Positions 1-11,517 of a stretch of DNA of 64,000 nucleotides are shown here, one piece after another; positions within the stretch are counted from its first letter, which is position 1, and every line of letters starts with the position of its first letter. The stretch lies in assembly GCA_973895155.1 (NCBI GenBank), contig OZ316898.1, positions 12,299,187-12,363,186 on the forward strand, written 5' to 3'. The notes beneath the pieces are model-generated. The model made no database searches. It had not been told where the DNA came from and saw only the letters and a list, made by a program, of their open reading frames with translations. Origin of the DNA: Marsupella aquatica (taxonomy: Eukaryota; Plantae; Marchantiophyta). Position numbers and translations under genes: made by a program.

Positions 1-623
1 TGGGCCTCGTCAAACCTCCCATAAGAGGCGTTAGTGCGGAACACCAGCAGGAGAGCCAACGCCGGAGCTGTGAGCTGGAATGGGAGGGATGGAACGTGAA
101 GCAGGGGAACCCAGAACGGAAAACATTCGAGGAGTACAGCCTCATTGAAAGTAGCCACTATGGCTGCAAGGAACGTGAGCTTGAGCACCGGTGGTCCCAA
201 GGACCGAATCACTCGAGAGGATGCAATTGACAAGATATGGCGGCTGTGTCTGTCGCTGCTCCGGTGCCTCGTCCAGTCCTCTTGCTCGAAAACGGTCCGT
301 CTAAACATCATGGACTCATCCTTTTCAAGGTCCGCTGATTCTTCAAGACCCTCCTCGTCGTGAGCCATCGCCAGGGCCCGAATTCCAGCGCGGAGGCCCG
401 CTTCCCTCTCCCATGGTGGCCGTTTGGGGCTAGTAGTGACGCCTCGGCGGAGACTCCTCTCAAACCTGCGCGAAATTCGGAAGGTCTGACGAAATGGCAG
501 TCGTGCGAGGGCAGCAGCCGGCCATCTCGAATCCCCCATTTTGGCCCTGACAGTCCATAGGTTGTTGTTGCAATACCCGCTGATGCCCTCCACGAGATCT
601 GCCATCACTAACGAATGCTGCAT
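1..623 (-). CDS. VCCN1: Bestrophin-like voltage-dependent chloride channel (VCCN1/BEST, UPF0187), 5' part; truncated by the window edge
   Basis: Manual minus-strand translation is open from ATG at 623 (alternative ATG at 539) to base 1: ...RRTVFEQEDWTRHRSSDRHSRHILSIASSRVIRSLGPPV...SLPFQLTAPALALLLVFRTNASYGRFDEA. This matches the plant VCCN/bestrophin motif LLLVFRT.xSY.R. The N-terminus is Arg/Ser-rich, like a transit peptide. It is absent from the ORF track because there is no stop inside the window. Confidence 0.9.
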   Translation of the reverse strand, partial: MQHSLVMADLVEGISGYCNNNLWTVRAKMGDSRWPAAALARLPFRQTFRISRRFERSLRRGVTTSPKRPPWEREAGLRAGIRALAMAHDEEGLEESADLEKDESMMFRRTVFEQEDWTRHRSSDRHSRHILSIASSRVIRSLGPPVLKLTFLAAIVATFNEAVLLECFPFWVPLLHVPSLPFQLTAPALALLLVFRTNASYGRFDEA

Positions 624-1239
624 TTACCCCAACCCCTGCCTCATCTGAAAATTTGCGCGTCACAGCAACAGCAGCACGACAGAAAATTCGAAACTAGAAC
701 TGATCGAGGTGTTCCTGAAAATACGCTCTCCCCGAGCCCTGCACATGAATTGCCAATTGAGAGACGAGCTTGAGCGCCATCCCTGATCATCATTCTTCGT
801 TCAAGCGTCGGGGCAAGGACGAGGCATCTACCGTAATCGACGTACAGCACCAATTCATCTACTCGGAGAGTCCTCAATTTGAGCGATCAGTTCCAATTCC
901 TTCTTTCCTTCCTTCCTTGCTTGCTTGCTGCCCATGGCAGCTCAAGATGGTAGCTCAAGATTCAGATCACCTCTAACTTACTGGTCAGAGATTCTAAACA
1001 CGGAAACCAATTTCCGACCAATTCAGAGCGATCCTCAAAGTGATGCAGAGTGTTCAGAGTGAAGGTTGGATGCGTGCAAGCATCCATAGCCCAGCAATTT
1101 GATTGAAGACGGGTGTGGCATTGGATTTTCTTTGGATGGACCCGCAAAGAGAAAAAAGACGCGGAATCTTGCCAGTCCGAATCTGAAGGTTGACTACTGG
1201 TGAGTGAGGAGCAAAAGACACTTCAATCCCTTAAAAGAC

Positions 1240-1660
1240 TCGTTTCTTTACTTTATGGAAGAGAGAGAATTCTGATAAGAGCGTGGTATTTTGAGATTTC
1301 TCCTTCCTTCAAATCCCTTCACAGACTCGGGTCTTTTGAATTTGTCTCTCCTTTATGGAAGAGAGAATTCTCAACACAGTTGTCTCTTTGTATTTCTCTC
1401 TACTTTATGGAAGAGAAATTTGTGATCACAGTTTCCTCTTTGTATTTTTCTCTGCTTTATGGAAGAGAGAGAATTCTCATCCCAGTTGTCTCTTTGTCTT
1501 TTTCTCTACTTTATGAAAGGGAGAGAATTCTCATCACAGTTGTCTCTTTGTATTTTTCTCTACTTTTTGGAAGACAGAGAATTCTCTCCTTCTTTTAAAT
1601 CCCTTTAAAGACTTGTCTCTTTGTATTTCTCAGTATTTTATGGAAGAGATCATCACAGGC
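1240..1660. repeat. Tandem minisatellite, ~52-bp unit (tttatggaagagagagaattctcatcacagttgtctctttgtatttttctctac), ~6-7 degenerate copies
   Basis: The repeated unit is directly visible. It explains the repetitive spurious ORF 1200..1598. Confidence 0.85.
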
Positions 1661-2904
1661 TGGTATTGAAAATTAAGCCTGGATAGACCTCTAGGTTTGT
1701 CAAATTGTTCCCATGGATTTATGGATTTGTGCGACTCAGGTAGACGACATTTTAACCACAATGCCATACAGAATATTCTGATTGTGTGGTTTCTGTCTAG
1801 GGCCCATGGGAGCATTGTTTTCCGCTGGTATTAATATTTTGATTTACAGTTAATAATAGAGTGGAGAAAAATGTAACTTTATTCATTCATCTTTTTTTTC
1901 AATAATTATTTGCCAAATAATTATTCTATTAGAACCTTCTATGATTGGTGAACATGGTATGATAAGTTTTCTCCTGATTTTTTCTTAGTTGAAAAAGAAA
2001 TTAAACAAGGATGGACCTCCATGTTTGCCAAAATGCTCAGATATACTTTTGCAACCGGGATGGACTGCATTGGAATCCTCTTTTATGCTCATGTAATACA
2101 TATTAGAATAGACATATGGACCTCACGTGTGCCAAAATGCTCGTGTATACTTTTGCAACCAGGATGGACTGGAGTGAAATCCTCTTTTCTGCTTGTAGTA
2201 CATATTACATAGATGACCAAACTGTGACAAGTAGTCCACTCAATTCCCAATGAAATTTGATTACTCTAGGTTCATTGGAAAAATATTTCAAAGTAATCAA
2301 ACAAATTCAGATTACATTGCTTATAGGGGGAGATACTTAATGTCAAAGTCAGCTACTAAAACCTTTTTGGAAGCGCAAAATGGGGATAGTGAGTGATGGA
2401 CTAAACTTTAGAAAGTCATAACTCTCTCAATTCTTTGTGAATGTTAGTAATATTAGACTTGTTGGAATCTCTTTCCAAGGTTCTTCTAATGAGCCCAAGA
2501 AGAGCTGATTCAGTTTAATATCAAGTGAAATTTTGCTGTCAAACATGTTCTGGAAACAAGAAGGGTGTCAAAGAGTGAAAGTGTCAAAGTGTCTCAAACC
2601 ATTGGGTGTTGCATAGTTAGTGGGCACAGTCCATGGAAGCATCAATTTAAAAAAAAAGGAGCAAGTTTTATTACTTGTCTCTTAGCAAAAACAGGAAATT
2701 TTGACCTGCATGAAATTGGGGTTTGTAGTCAAGTCAAGAAAGGAGAAAAAGAATTAAAAAAATTAGGAGGAACCAGAATCTTTCAAAGATACAAGTAAAT
2801 CACATGTTTTTATATGAAGTACTATGGGCAACCAGAGTACTATCATGTATACGAAAATCTTCAATTGCTGGATTTATTGATTACTAGCTCAATACCCGTG
2901 CATT

Positions 2905-4235
2905 GCACAAAAGATGTCGTGACGGCCAAGATGTCATTGAGAACAAAAGAGGTCATGTCGGCCAAGAGGTTGTTGAGAAGAAAGATGTTGTGTCGCCCAA
3001 GAAATTTTTGAGAACAAAAGATGTCGTGTCGGCAAGATGTTGATGATAAACAAAATATGTCGTGTCGGCCAAGCTGTCGTTGAGAACAAAAGATGTCGTA
3101 TCGACTAAGATGTCATGTCGGCCAAGATTTGGTTGAGAAAAAAGATGTCGTGTCGACCAAGAGGTTGTTGAGAAAAAAGTTGTATTGGCCAAGAGGTCGT
3201 TGAGAAAAATGATGTCGTGTTGGCCAAGATCTCATTGATAAAAAAGATGTTGTGTGACCGGCCAAGAAATCATTGAGATAAAGGATCTTGTGTTGGCAAA
3301 GAAGTCGTTGAGAAAAAAGATGTCATGTCGGCCAAGACGTCGTTGAGAGAAAATATGTTGTGTCGGGCAAGACATCATTGTGAAAAAAGAGTCGTGTCGG
3401 CCAAGACGTCATTGAGAAAACAGATGTCGTGTTGGCCAAGACGTCATTGAGGAAAAATATCAGTGCATTGCACAAAAGATGTCGTGTCGCCCAAGATGTT
3501 GTTATCTGAAAGATGTCATGAAGTAAAAAGATGTCATTAAGAAAAAAAGAAGTCATTTTTCCAAAGATGTCATTATGTGAAAGATGGCGTTAAGAAAAAG
3601 GTGTCATTTTGCCAAACTAAGTGATTGTGAAGTAAAAGATGTTATAAATAAAAAAGTGTCGTTTCACCCAAATTGTCATTAATATGTGAAAGATGGCTCA
3701 ATACCCGTGCGTTGCACAAAAGATGTCGTTAAGAAAAAATATGTTGTGTTGCCAAAGATGTTGTCATGAAAAAAGGTGATGTTGCCAACAATTTTGTTAA
3801 GTAAAAACATGTTGTGTTGTCAAAGATTTTTTTAAGAAAAAAGATGTCATGTTGCCAAAGATGTCGTTAAGAAAAAAGATGTCATGTTGCCAAAGAAGTT
3901 GTTAATATGTGAAAGATGTTGTGAAGTAAAAAGATGTCATTAAGAACTATGATGTCGTGATGCCAAAGGTGTCGTGAAGAAAAAATGTTCTTATGTGAAA
4001 AATGTTGTGAAGTAAAAGATGTCAATGCACCAAAGATGTCTTTATGTCCAAGATGTTGTCAGGTAAAAGATGATGTTTTACGAAAGATGTTATTAAGTAT
4101 TTGTTTGTTAAGTACAAAATGGTCGATAAGTAAAGGGATGTCATTAGACAAAGATGTAAGTTGTGAAGTAAAAGATGTTCTTAAGTACAATTGAAAATAT
4201 TGCTAGTAAACCATGTTAAGTAAAAAAAGTTGTTA
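2905..4235. repeat. ~33-bp minisatellite (aagatgtcgtgtcggccaagatgtcgttgagaaaaa) inside Helitron copy 1, decaying rightwards
   Basis: Dozens of visible copies of aagatgtcgt / gtcggccaag. Confidence 0.9.
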
Positions 4236-4249
4236 AGTTGTTGCCACTT

Positions 4250-4830
4250 TTTTGCCACCCCTTGCATCCTGAAGCCCCATTGATAACCCCAAAGTTTTTG
4301 TTACTTTAAGCTTTTTACTTAAAATTACCATGGCTGCTTACTTGGCTTTGGCCGCCCGAATGCCAAGCGGGATGCCAAGACCCCTTGGGATAATAGCACG
4401 GCTTGGATGACTTTTCAACAACTCTTCACTACCCCTTGCATCTTAGAACCCCATTGGGCCCAAAGTTTTGGCTACCTTAGAGTTCTTACTTAAAGTCGCC
4501 GCAATAGCTTAATTGGCATTGGCCGCCCCAATGTCAAGACCCCCTCGGGTAACGGAGCAGCTTGGCTGACTTTTCAACAGCCCTTTCTCTACCCTTGCAT
4601 ATATCTTGGAACCCCATCAGTAACCCCGATTTTTTTGGTTACTTTAAGCTTAGTTTCCTTAAAGTTGACCGTGGCCGCTTACTTGGCTGTGGCCGCCCCA
4701 ATGCCAATTCCCCTTGGGGCAACGGCACGACTCAGCCCACTTTTCAACAAAACAATTTGCCCTACCCCTTGCATGGAACCCCTTTGGTAACCTCATCCAA
4801 GTTTACTCGGCTCCTTACTCGCCAATACCA
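4250..4830. repeat. ~160-175-bp tandem repeat, about 3.5 copies, inside Helitron copy 1
   Basis: The motif (c)cccttgcat...cccc recurs at ~4258, ~4432, ~4591 and ~4765, with shared ggccgccc and cttttcaaca blocks. Confidence 0.75.
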
Positions 4831-6189
4831 TGCCCCCCTGGGGTGGTGGTGTGGTTTGCATCACTTTCCAACATTGGAGGACCTGCCACCCCCGGACCAA
4901 CTTTGGTCCAGATATTTTGGCCCCCACCCCATGCCTCTTCCTGTGCTAAACAAAGTGGCAAGACATAACAACAACTGAGGGGTTGTTGGGGAGTTGGAAC
5001 CCGGGGCAAGATTGAGTTAGGTTGGGGATGGGACCTTGGGGTCTCGGGTTTCATTCCACCCCGGGATGTTGGGTCTAGCATTTTTTACAACATTATTTTT
5101 TTGTTTTTGGCCAGTGTGACAAATGTCAGCCTCTCAAAGGAAGGAAATGCTAGGAGTATTCTTCAACAATTTTTCTTGAATTATATCTTCTTCATCAGAT
5201 ATCCCTAGATTGACGTACAACGGTTAGATTTTGGCAAATGGGGTCCATGATTTGGTGGGAGAGTGGCCAATGGTATGCAAAGAATCTAGGAATTTTTTGG
5301 CAAAAGTAACGGAAAAAGTGGTGAACATATTTTGGGGAGGTGGAATTTGGCAAAAGTTTGCACCTAAAAACTACGTTGTTTGGATGAGGCCGGGGCCAGG
5401 GTAGTCTCAGGAGTCATCATCCCTTCCTCTTCACTCTCCCTCATCGCTCTCCCTCTTCTAGCTATTGGGTAATGGGTATTGCTCCTCTTCACACTCCCTC
5501 TTCTTGCCATTGGGTAGTTGTTGTTGCTTAAAAGTACTCATTAAATGCCTGGAGCCCTTATAAGCTCACATAGGCTTGGAATAGCGAGCTCCAAACTCCA
5601 AAAGGAAAGAAGCTACGCTCTTCCCTCTCTCTTAAAAGTTGTACTCTGATGGTACAATTGTACCTCCTTTTATAGGACCTCTATCCCCTTTGTACCTTGT
5701 ACCTGGGGCTCCTAAGAGTAATGAGCTCATATGTTGTACCTGAAGGTACAATAGTACCTGTCTTGTGCATCTTTGTGTACTTGTTTTGTGCACACCAAGC
5801 CCTATACCAGGTTTCCTCACGTTCCTTTTTTTTCCCCAATTGGTTCCATATTTACAGGTTTCAATTATTCTCACCCAAAAGGACACTCCAAATTTGAATG
5901 ACGACCACGCCATTTTTTGGCGCAACTGTGTATTATAGTTTAGGATGGTCAGCAAGCTATACAAGCTGCTAGATACATTGGTCAAGGTTTTATTGTTACA
6001 TTGGATCAACTCTGTGGCAGGGAAATGTAGCACAGTTTAATGAATCTTCAACCTATTTAATGGGTTCCTTTCAGTTCTTTTAACCTATGGGACTTAAACA
6101 GTGGTAAGTATAATTTGCGAGAAAACAAATATAAATCCATTTAGTTAATCTATAATGTCCCAAGTATCCAATGGTTCATTTTTTGTTTG

Positions 6190-6655
6190 GGGCCCCAGCC
6201 AGTAGTTGCTTACTACTTAGATGATTTTTCCCCTGGGATTTGTCCACACTCCGTACTTCAGTCTAGAAAACAGGCAAAGTTAGTTCGCTTGAGAAGCTTT
6301 CTACGCAATTTTCTCTTGCCAATGGCAGACGGGATAGGGACTCAACTGAGAACCGGTCGGGTAATGAACCCCCTGCTGTAACCGTCCATATGGACGGTGG
6401 CAGTTGGAGGTGGAAACTTGAAACTCTCGAACAAAACAAAAAATCCGGGAAAATTGTAAACATCTACTCCATATGCACGGACCCGAACTTCTTGATTTCG
6501 GCCTATGAACAAATTAAGTCACACACAGGTACTATGATACCAGAGTGGGAGGGCCAGGAAATAGAAAACCTCTGCCTTCGTCGAGTGGCTCTGGAAAGTA
6601 TAGATCGTGCGTGGTTTGAAAGAACTGCCGAATTACTTCGAAGTGAACGTGGAAG
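6190..6655 (+). pseudogene. Fragment of an organellar group II intron-encoded RT/maturase N-terminus (probable NUMT)
   Basis: Translation ...IVNIYSICTDPNFLISAYEQIKSHTGTMIP...LESIDRAWFERTAELLRSE resembles the RT0 region of mitochondrial intron ORFs (D..fL..AY..IKS..G.MTP...id..WF..ta..Lr). A 1-bp frameshift near 6300 joins it to the upstream frame (RLRSF-). The similarity ends before RT1 is complete. Confidence 0.7.
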
Positions 6656-7816
6656 TATATCCCAAGTTCATCAATTAGTAGGTAGAGAATCTCATATTTT
6701 TGGAACTTTGAAGTATCAATGTCTTCTCAGTAATGCACCATAGTGGGATACTGTATATATGGATCTGGGTTATCTACAGCATCTAAAAATAGTTCACATT
6801 CTTTAAGAAATCATGATGGTCCTATGAAGGGAAGTGAGTAGGACAACCTACAAGGAAAGTAAACCAACTGTTCACGTCAGCAAATGAACATCGGACAGGG
6901 CTCCTCTTATGGTGCCAGCTGTGGGCTAATTAACTCCTTGTTACCACAACATCATGGGTCATCCTAACTCCTCAAAACTTGGGTTGAAGCTCTTTTTCGG
7001 GGGACATCCTAGCCCACAATTTTTTGGTACATTCTATCCCGCAATGCCCCTGGAAACAGGGCGTTATTATGTATAGAAGGAGAAATTTGCACTTTCGTTG
7101 TATTTTCTTAATACAAGAGTGCTTGCTGCCAACAATGTCATGCCGATGCAGACAATAGCCCCAATGTCATGTTCTCCTCCCACATTTTAGATCACCCAAA
7201 AACTCGATACTCCTTTGACCAGGGCTGTAGATTTACAGCCGATACTCCTTTGATCATTTTCGAAGCTCATTGTTCATACATCGGTTGCAAACTGTAAGGT
7301 GAAGGCATCATAAATATGGTCGCAAATCCTACCATGTGCCATCTGTTGATCCAATACTATGCAAAGAAGTGTTCTTCAGCAGCAGTCTAAAATGTAGCCG
7401 ACATGGACTTGTTTGAAATTTCCAACTTGAATCTGGCAGCTTCAACCTGAGGACAAAAGTACCTCTCTAAAACTTTTACTGATGAGGCCAACTCCCCATC
7501 AACTACTTTTAACATCAATATGCTATTCTAGAACAATGAATCAGATGCATTGTAGCCTCGTTAGATCTCCCAAGCAGAGGGCATGTACTGCCAATCATTG
7601 ATACTTTGAATCAACGACATTTACAGCCAATGATTGAAACCCTCACTACAATTCCCCAGATACGGTCATTGCAGTAGTACGGGAGTAGGGTTGATTTTGA
7701 GCCCATCTACAACATTTTTTATAGGCAATCCTAATCCACTGAGAACATGGTATAGGGGGCAAAAATGACCACTTAAATACATAACCCTGGTTCCGTCCGG
7801 GACATCTGATATGAAA

Positions 7817-10682
7817 TCAGTCCCAGGCATCAAAGTATCCAGCATCTTTCATCTCCGAGTAGTACACATCCTCCATTTGCAAGTCTTCTTCCTGTAACAA
7901 ACAAAGATAATTGGTCAAATTTGAAACAACACATGTTGATATTCCTTGCTCACATGCGATCGCTGCAGCAGACCCTTCACTTCTTTCACAGCATCGACCA
8001 ACCCTATTGTCAGCTATCCCACTCTGATCTGAGCAATCGCATCGATCTTCTCACAGAGCACTTCTTCTGTCCTGAGCACTATGTCTCCAGTTCCACAGTA
8101 CCCCATGGTCGAATCACGCACAAAATCTAATGCCTTTGGCGCTCATTAACTGCCCAAATTCTCAGCATCCTAGAGCCTCTGTGCCGGCATCTTGGCCCAG
8201 CCTATTCCAGAGGAGATAACTACGATGGGCGAGAAACCCCTCGCAACAGCTCAACCACTTACCAAACTCGCAAACCCTCTACATAATCTTATCTATCCAT
8301 TTCCCAGCTGCCCTATTTTCGTCACAGTAATTTATGCAAACCTGTGACCTATCCCGATAGTTTCGTTCCCAGACATATGTCGAGAGATAACAACGTTGGT
8401 TGTCAATTGTCTTTCGGAAAGTGTGACCGAGGACTGCACAGCATTTGACTGAATTCAATTTAAGTTTGATGGAACGCGAAGTGGGCACATACCCGGAAAA
8501 AGTCAGCTAGAAATGTTATGTACAGTAATGGTGGGTAAAACGTATAGTACAAGAAAGTGGTGAGTCCATATACACTGCAGTACACATCATCCAGCCCAAG
8601 TTAGTTCATCAAATTTCTTGCGAGGCATTTTCAGGAATTTCTCAGTCACGCACTACACAGACTCCTTTCAATGGCACAACTCTAGATGTTAAATGGTCAA
8701 TCAAGCGTAATACCATCGCAACACAAGATACGAAATAGAATTCTCTAACACTTCAGTATACCGGATCATTTGTGTATCTGTAATCAAATAAAATGCATGT
8801 CTCACTCCCACTTACCAGTACCCGAAGTCAGCTCCAAGACCTAACAGGAAACTGCCGATCGCACTGACGATGTTTAAAACAAACAGTATGAACACATAAC
8901 GGTAAAAAGATGGTTTCGCTGTTTCACAAAAACAAAAACAAGTCTGAATCAGTCCAACAGTTGGACACCACCAAAACCAGTTCTGACTGTCAAGCGGACG
9001 ATGCAACCAGCTGGCAGAGGATGCATTCGCACTCGTTCATACAAGAGGGAGCGAATAACAGGCATTGATACTGGAAATGTGGAGAAGAGGTATAATTAAA
9101 TGGAGAATGACTCGTACCAGGTAAATGATCACGCCACCTTGTGTGAGGAAGAACGAGAATCACCACATAAACACAGATAAAGAAAATGGTGTGAACCAAC
9201 CAGAATCCCCATTTTTGCCAATTTCCAGCATCAGCTTCGTTAACAAGAAGTGGGATATCCATCCCAAAAATATAGATTGCCTGTACAGACGCACAAGTGG
9301 ACATAGGTGCACCAATTTAGCCTATATTTCGTTTGACATGCAAACAGGGGCTGGGGCAACAAAGGAATATGCAGAAACTTGCAAGCAAAAGCACTGTTTC
9401 TCAGAATCTGTCTCTATAGAACTCCAATCGGTTCAACTGAAATAGTGCTTACACATTCAAGTTGTCCAATGCAAACGCCAAGGCACTATGAACAAGAAAA
9501 GCAGTGGCATTTCCATCTGAATAGAACGCTAGGTAGATGTAAGACAAATATCAAATTCATTCCGGCTTATCTCCACATTCTCACACTCACGGGGCATGGT
9601 GTAGAGGGAGGTGACTGAAAGAAATTCAGATCCACCTAATGTGAGGAACCTTGACTATGGCGTCCACTGCAGCGAAAAGCCCCGAAATCAGTAGTGTCCG
9701 CAGAAGGGCATCCCAACCACTGATGAGATAGCCTTGAGACAAGAACACGACTACACTGACTTCCAAGAGCACCATGCCGAATCGGGTTACTAGGGACATT
9801 GCATTCCAGACAGCTGCATGCGATGATGATTTTGCTTGAGTGATCTACACAACAGTAATGCTGAACGTCAGTAACGATGGTAGGAACCTCCTCCCGTACT
9901 CTCCCGGGCCTTTATCTTTCGACCCAGACACTGGTACGTCGGCCCAAGGACAAATCTGTACCTATACAACCTGATGGATAAACATCATAAATTAACGACG
10001 CCAATCTCCATCCAGAGCAGCGCTCCAGAAGGTTTTGTAACTGCAAGAAAGGGCAACCTGAATTCCGGTAGGCAGGGGGGTAGAGAAAACTTTTCAATAT
10101 TCTACGAAAATTAGACCATAATGTAGATCTTGGTTAGGGACTTCATCTTGATTCTCATACCATCCCACGCAGAAAGGCACCGTCTCCGAAATTTTCCAAT
10201 AGAGCCCTACACTATGATCCAAAGACGAAAGAAACAAATCCCGCTTTCAAACTGAAGTCTGGACTGCTTAGGTCAAATATGGAACGCGCGTTCACGTCAC
10301 TACAATTACCGCCTTAGATGGGAAAGGGAGTGCCTCGGGGAAGGTTAGTGACAGTCTACAGCTGTATTTGATAAGTTCCTTTAAGTAGAGAACCACATCC
10401 TCCACATTTCAATTGCCCACAAGGAAATTTCTTAAGTATATATTTCCAGAATACAAGAAGGATGATTCATACCTCAAGCACACACCAACAAAGATTCAGG
10501 ATCGCAATGATCCATAAAAACACATAGTACGTTGACATGATGTGAGACTTGCTGTGCGCCAATTTCCGAACACTGGATTGCACCCGCGAGGCAAGAAAGA
10601 GTATGAATATAAGCGAGGGTAACAACAACAGCACGTGGGCCAGCATAGTGTTTACGCTCACCAGCCCTAAGCACTTCCCCAT
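7817..10682 (-). CDS. CAND2: CAND2/PMTR1-like (TPRA1/GPR175 family) multi-pass membrane protein; 6 exons: 10473-10682, 9650-9844, 9118-9280, 8816-8918, 8493-8574, 7817-7891
   Basis: GT-AG exons splice in phase. Motifs include SHIMSTYYVFLWIIAILNL, LLEVSVVVFL, KWGFW, RWRDHLPAKPSFYRY, YPPLLYITFLADFF and the C-terminus EEDLQMEDVYYSEMKDAGYFDAWD*, which matches CAND2. Confidence 0.92.
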
Positions 10683-11483
10683 GATTGCTGCCCCTCAATC
10701 TTCCAATTTGATTTTACAATTTGCTCTCCCGTGCCTCCTTCCTGTTAATTAGGGCACCACGAATCTTATCCCCGCGTTCAGCTTAAATCTACAAACGTAG
10801 TCATCATGTCCCTAAGCTTCAATTCCTCGGCAAGTCCACCCATCCAACAGTGATTGCTCCTACATATCTACTCGAAAGAACACACATATCGTCCAATTAC
10901 CACCACCGAGCTCTTCAACGGATCCATCCATCCATCCATCCATCGTTCCTTCCTTCCTTTTGTTCCAGGCCCTGATCTAAAATCCTCGCGAATTCAAAAC
11001 CGAAAATCCCTAACGTAGCAGAACCGAAACTTGATCATCCTCAACCCCATCTCATCTCGCCTCGGTAGTTTCCAGCTTTGCTCGATCTGTCGTGCGCGCC
11101 AAGGAAAAAGGTCGCACGGTCTATTAATCCCAACTTCTCGTCGACTGACTCAATTGACGCTATCAGGTGCTCGACGCGCTCCGCTCTAGCAGAGAATTGC
11201 TTCCACTACTCTGAATGAGAAAGATGTTACGACAAAAGGGAATGAGAAAGATGTTACGACAGACGCTATTGTTGTACAATGTCTACAGTTGACAGCAATA
11301 AATTGCAAAGCTAATAAAGACTGTCTCAAACCATCACACATTCTGTACGCACACGCACATGTCGTTCTGTTTTCTTTGCGTGAGAGATAATTCTTTCGTA
11401 AATTTTGACTGTTTATTTCGAAAGCGAGAACTAATAAGGATCACATTCCAAGACGTTATTAAACCACACCTGAAATGGGTTTG

Positions 11484-11489
<6 letters not shown>

Positions 11490-11514
<25 letters not shown>

Positions 11515-11517
11515 TAT
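11490..11517. repeat. (AT)n microsatellite, followed by a ~70-bp direct duplication (11550-11695)
   Basis: Directly visible; gggtcccaaagg(c/a)aagcaacccaataaagggaaagaaacagaagaggggg occurs twice. Confidence 0.85.

Larger units (their letters stand above)
2884..5945 (-). mobile_element. Non-autonomous Helitron, copy 1
   Basis: On the minus strand it starts A|TCCTAAACTATAATA (5945) and ends in the hairpin TGTGCAATGCACGGG followed by TATTGAG-CTAG|T (2884). This is the Helitron 5'-TC / 3'-hairpin-CTRR pattern at an A^T target. Both termini are shared with the copy at 29910-31970. Confidence 0.8.

Noticed and set aside
2905-3500. 33-bp repeats as a CRISPR array or repeat protein ORFs (2953..3192, 3323..3556)
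   Set aside because: No spacers. The ORFs are translations of a minisatellite inside a Helitron.
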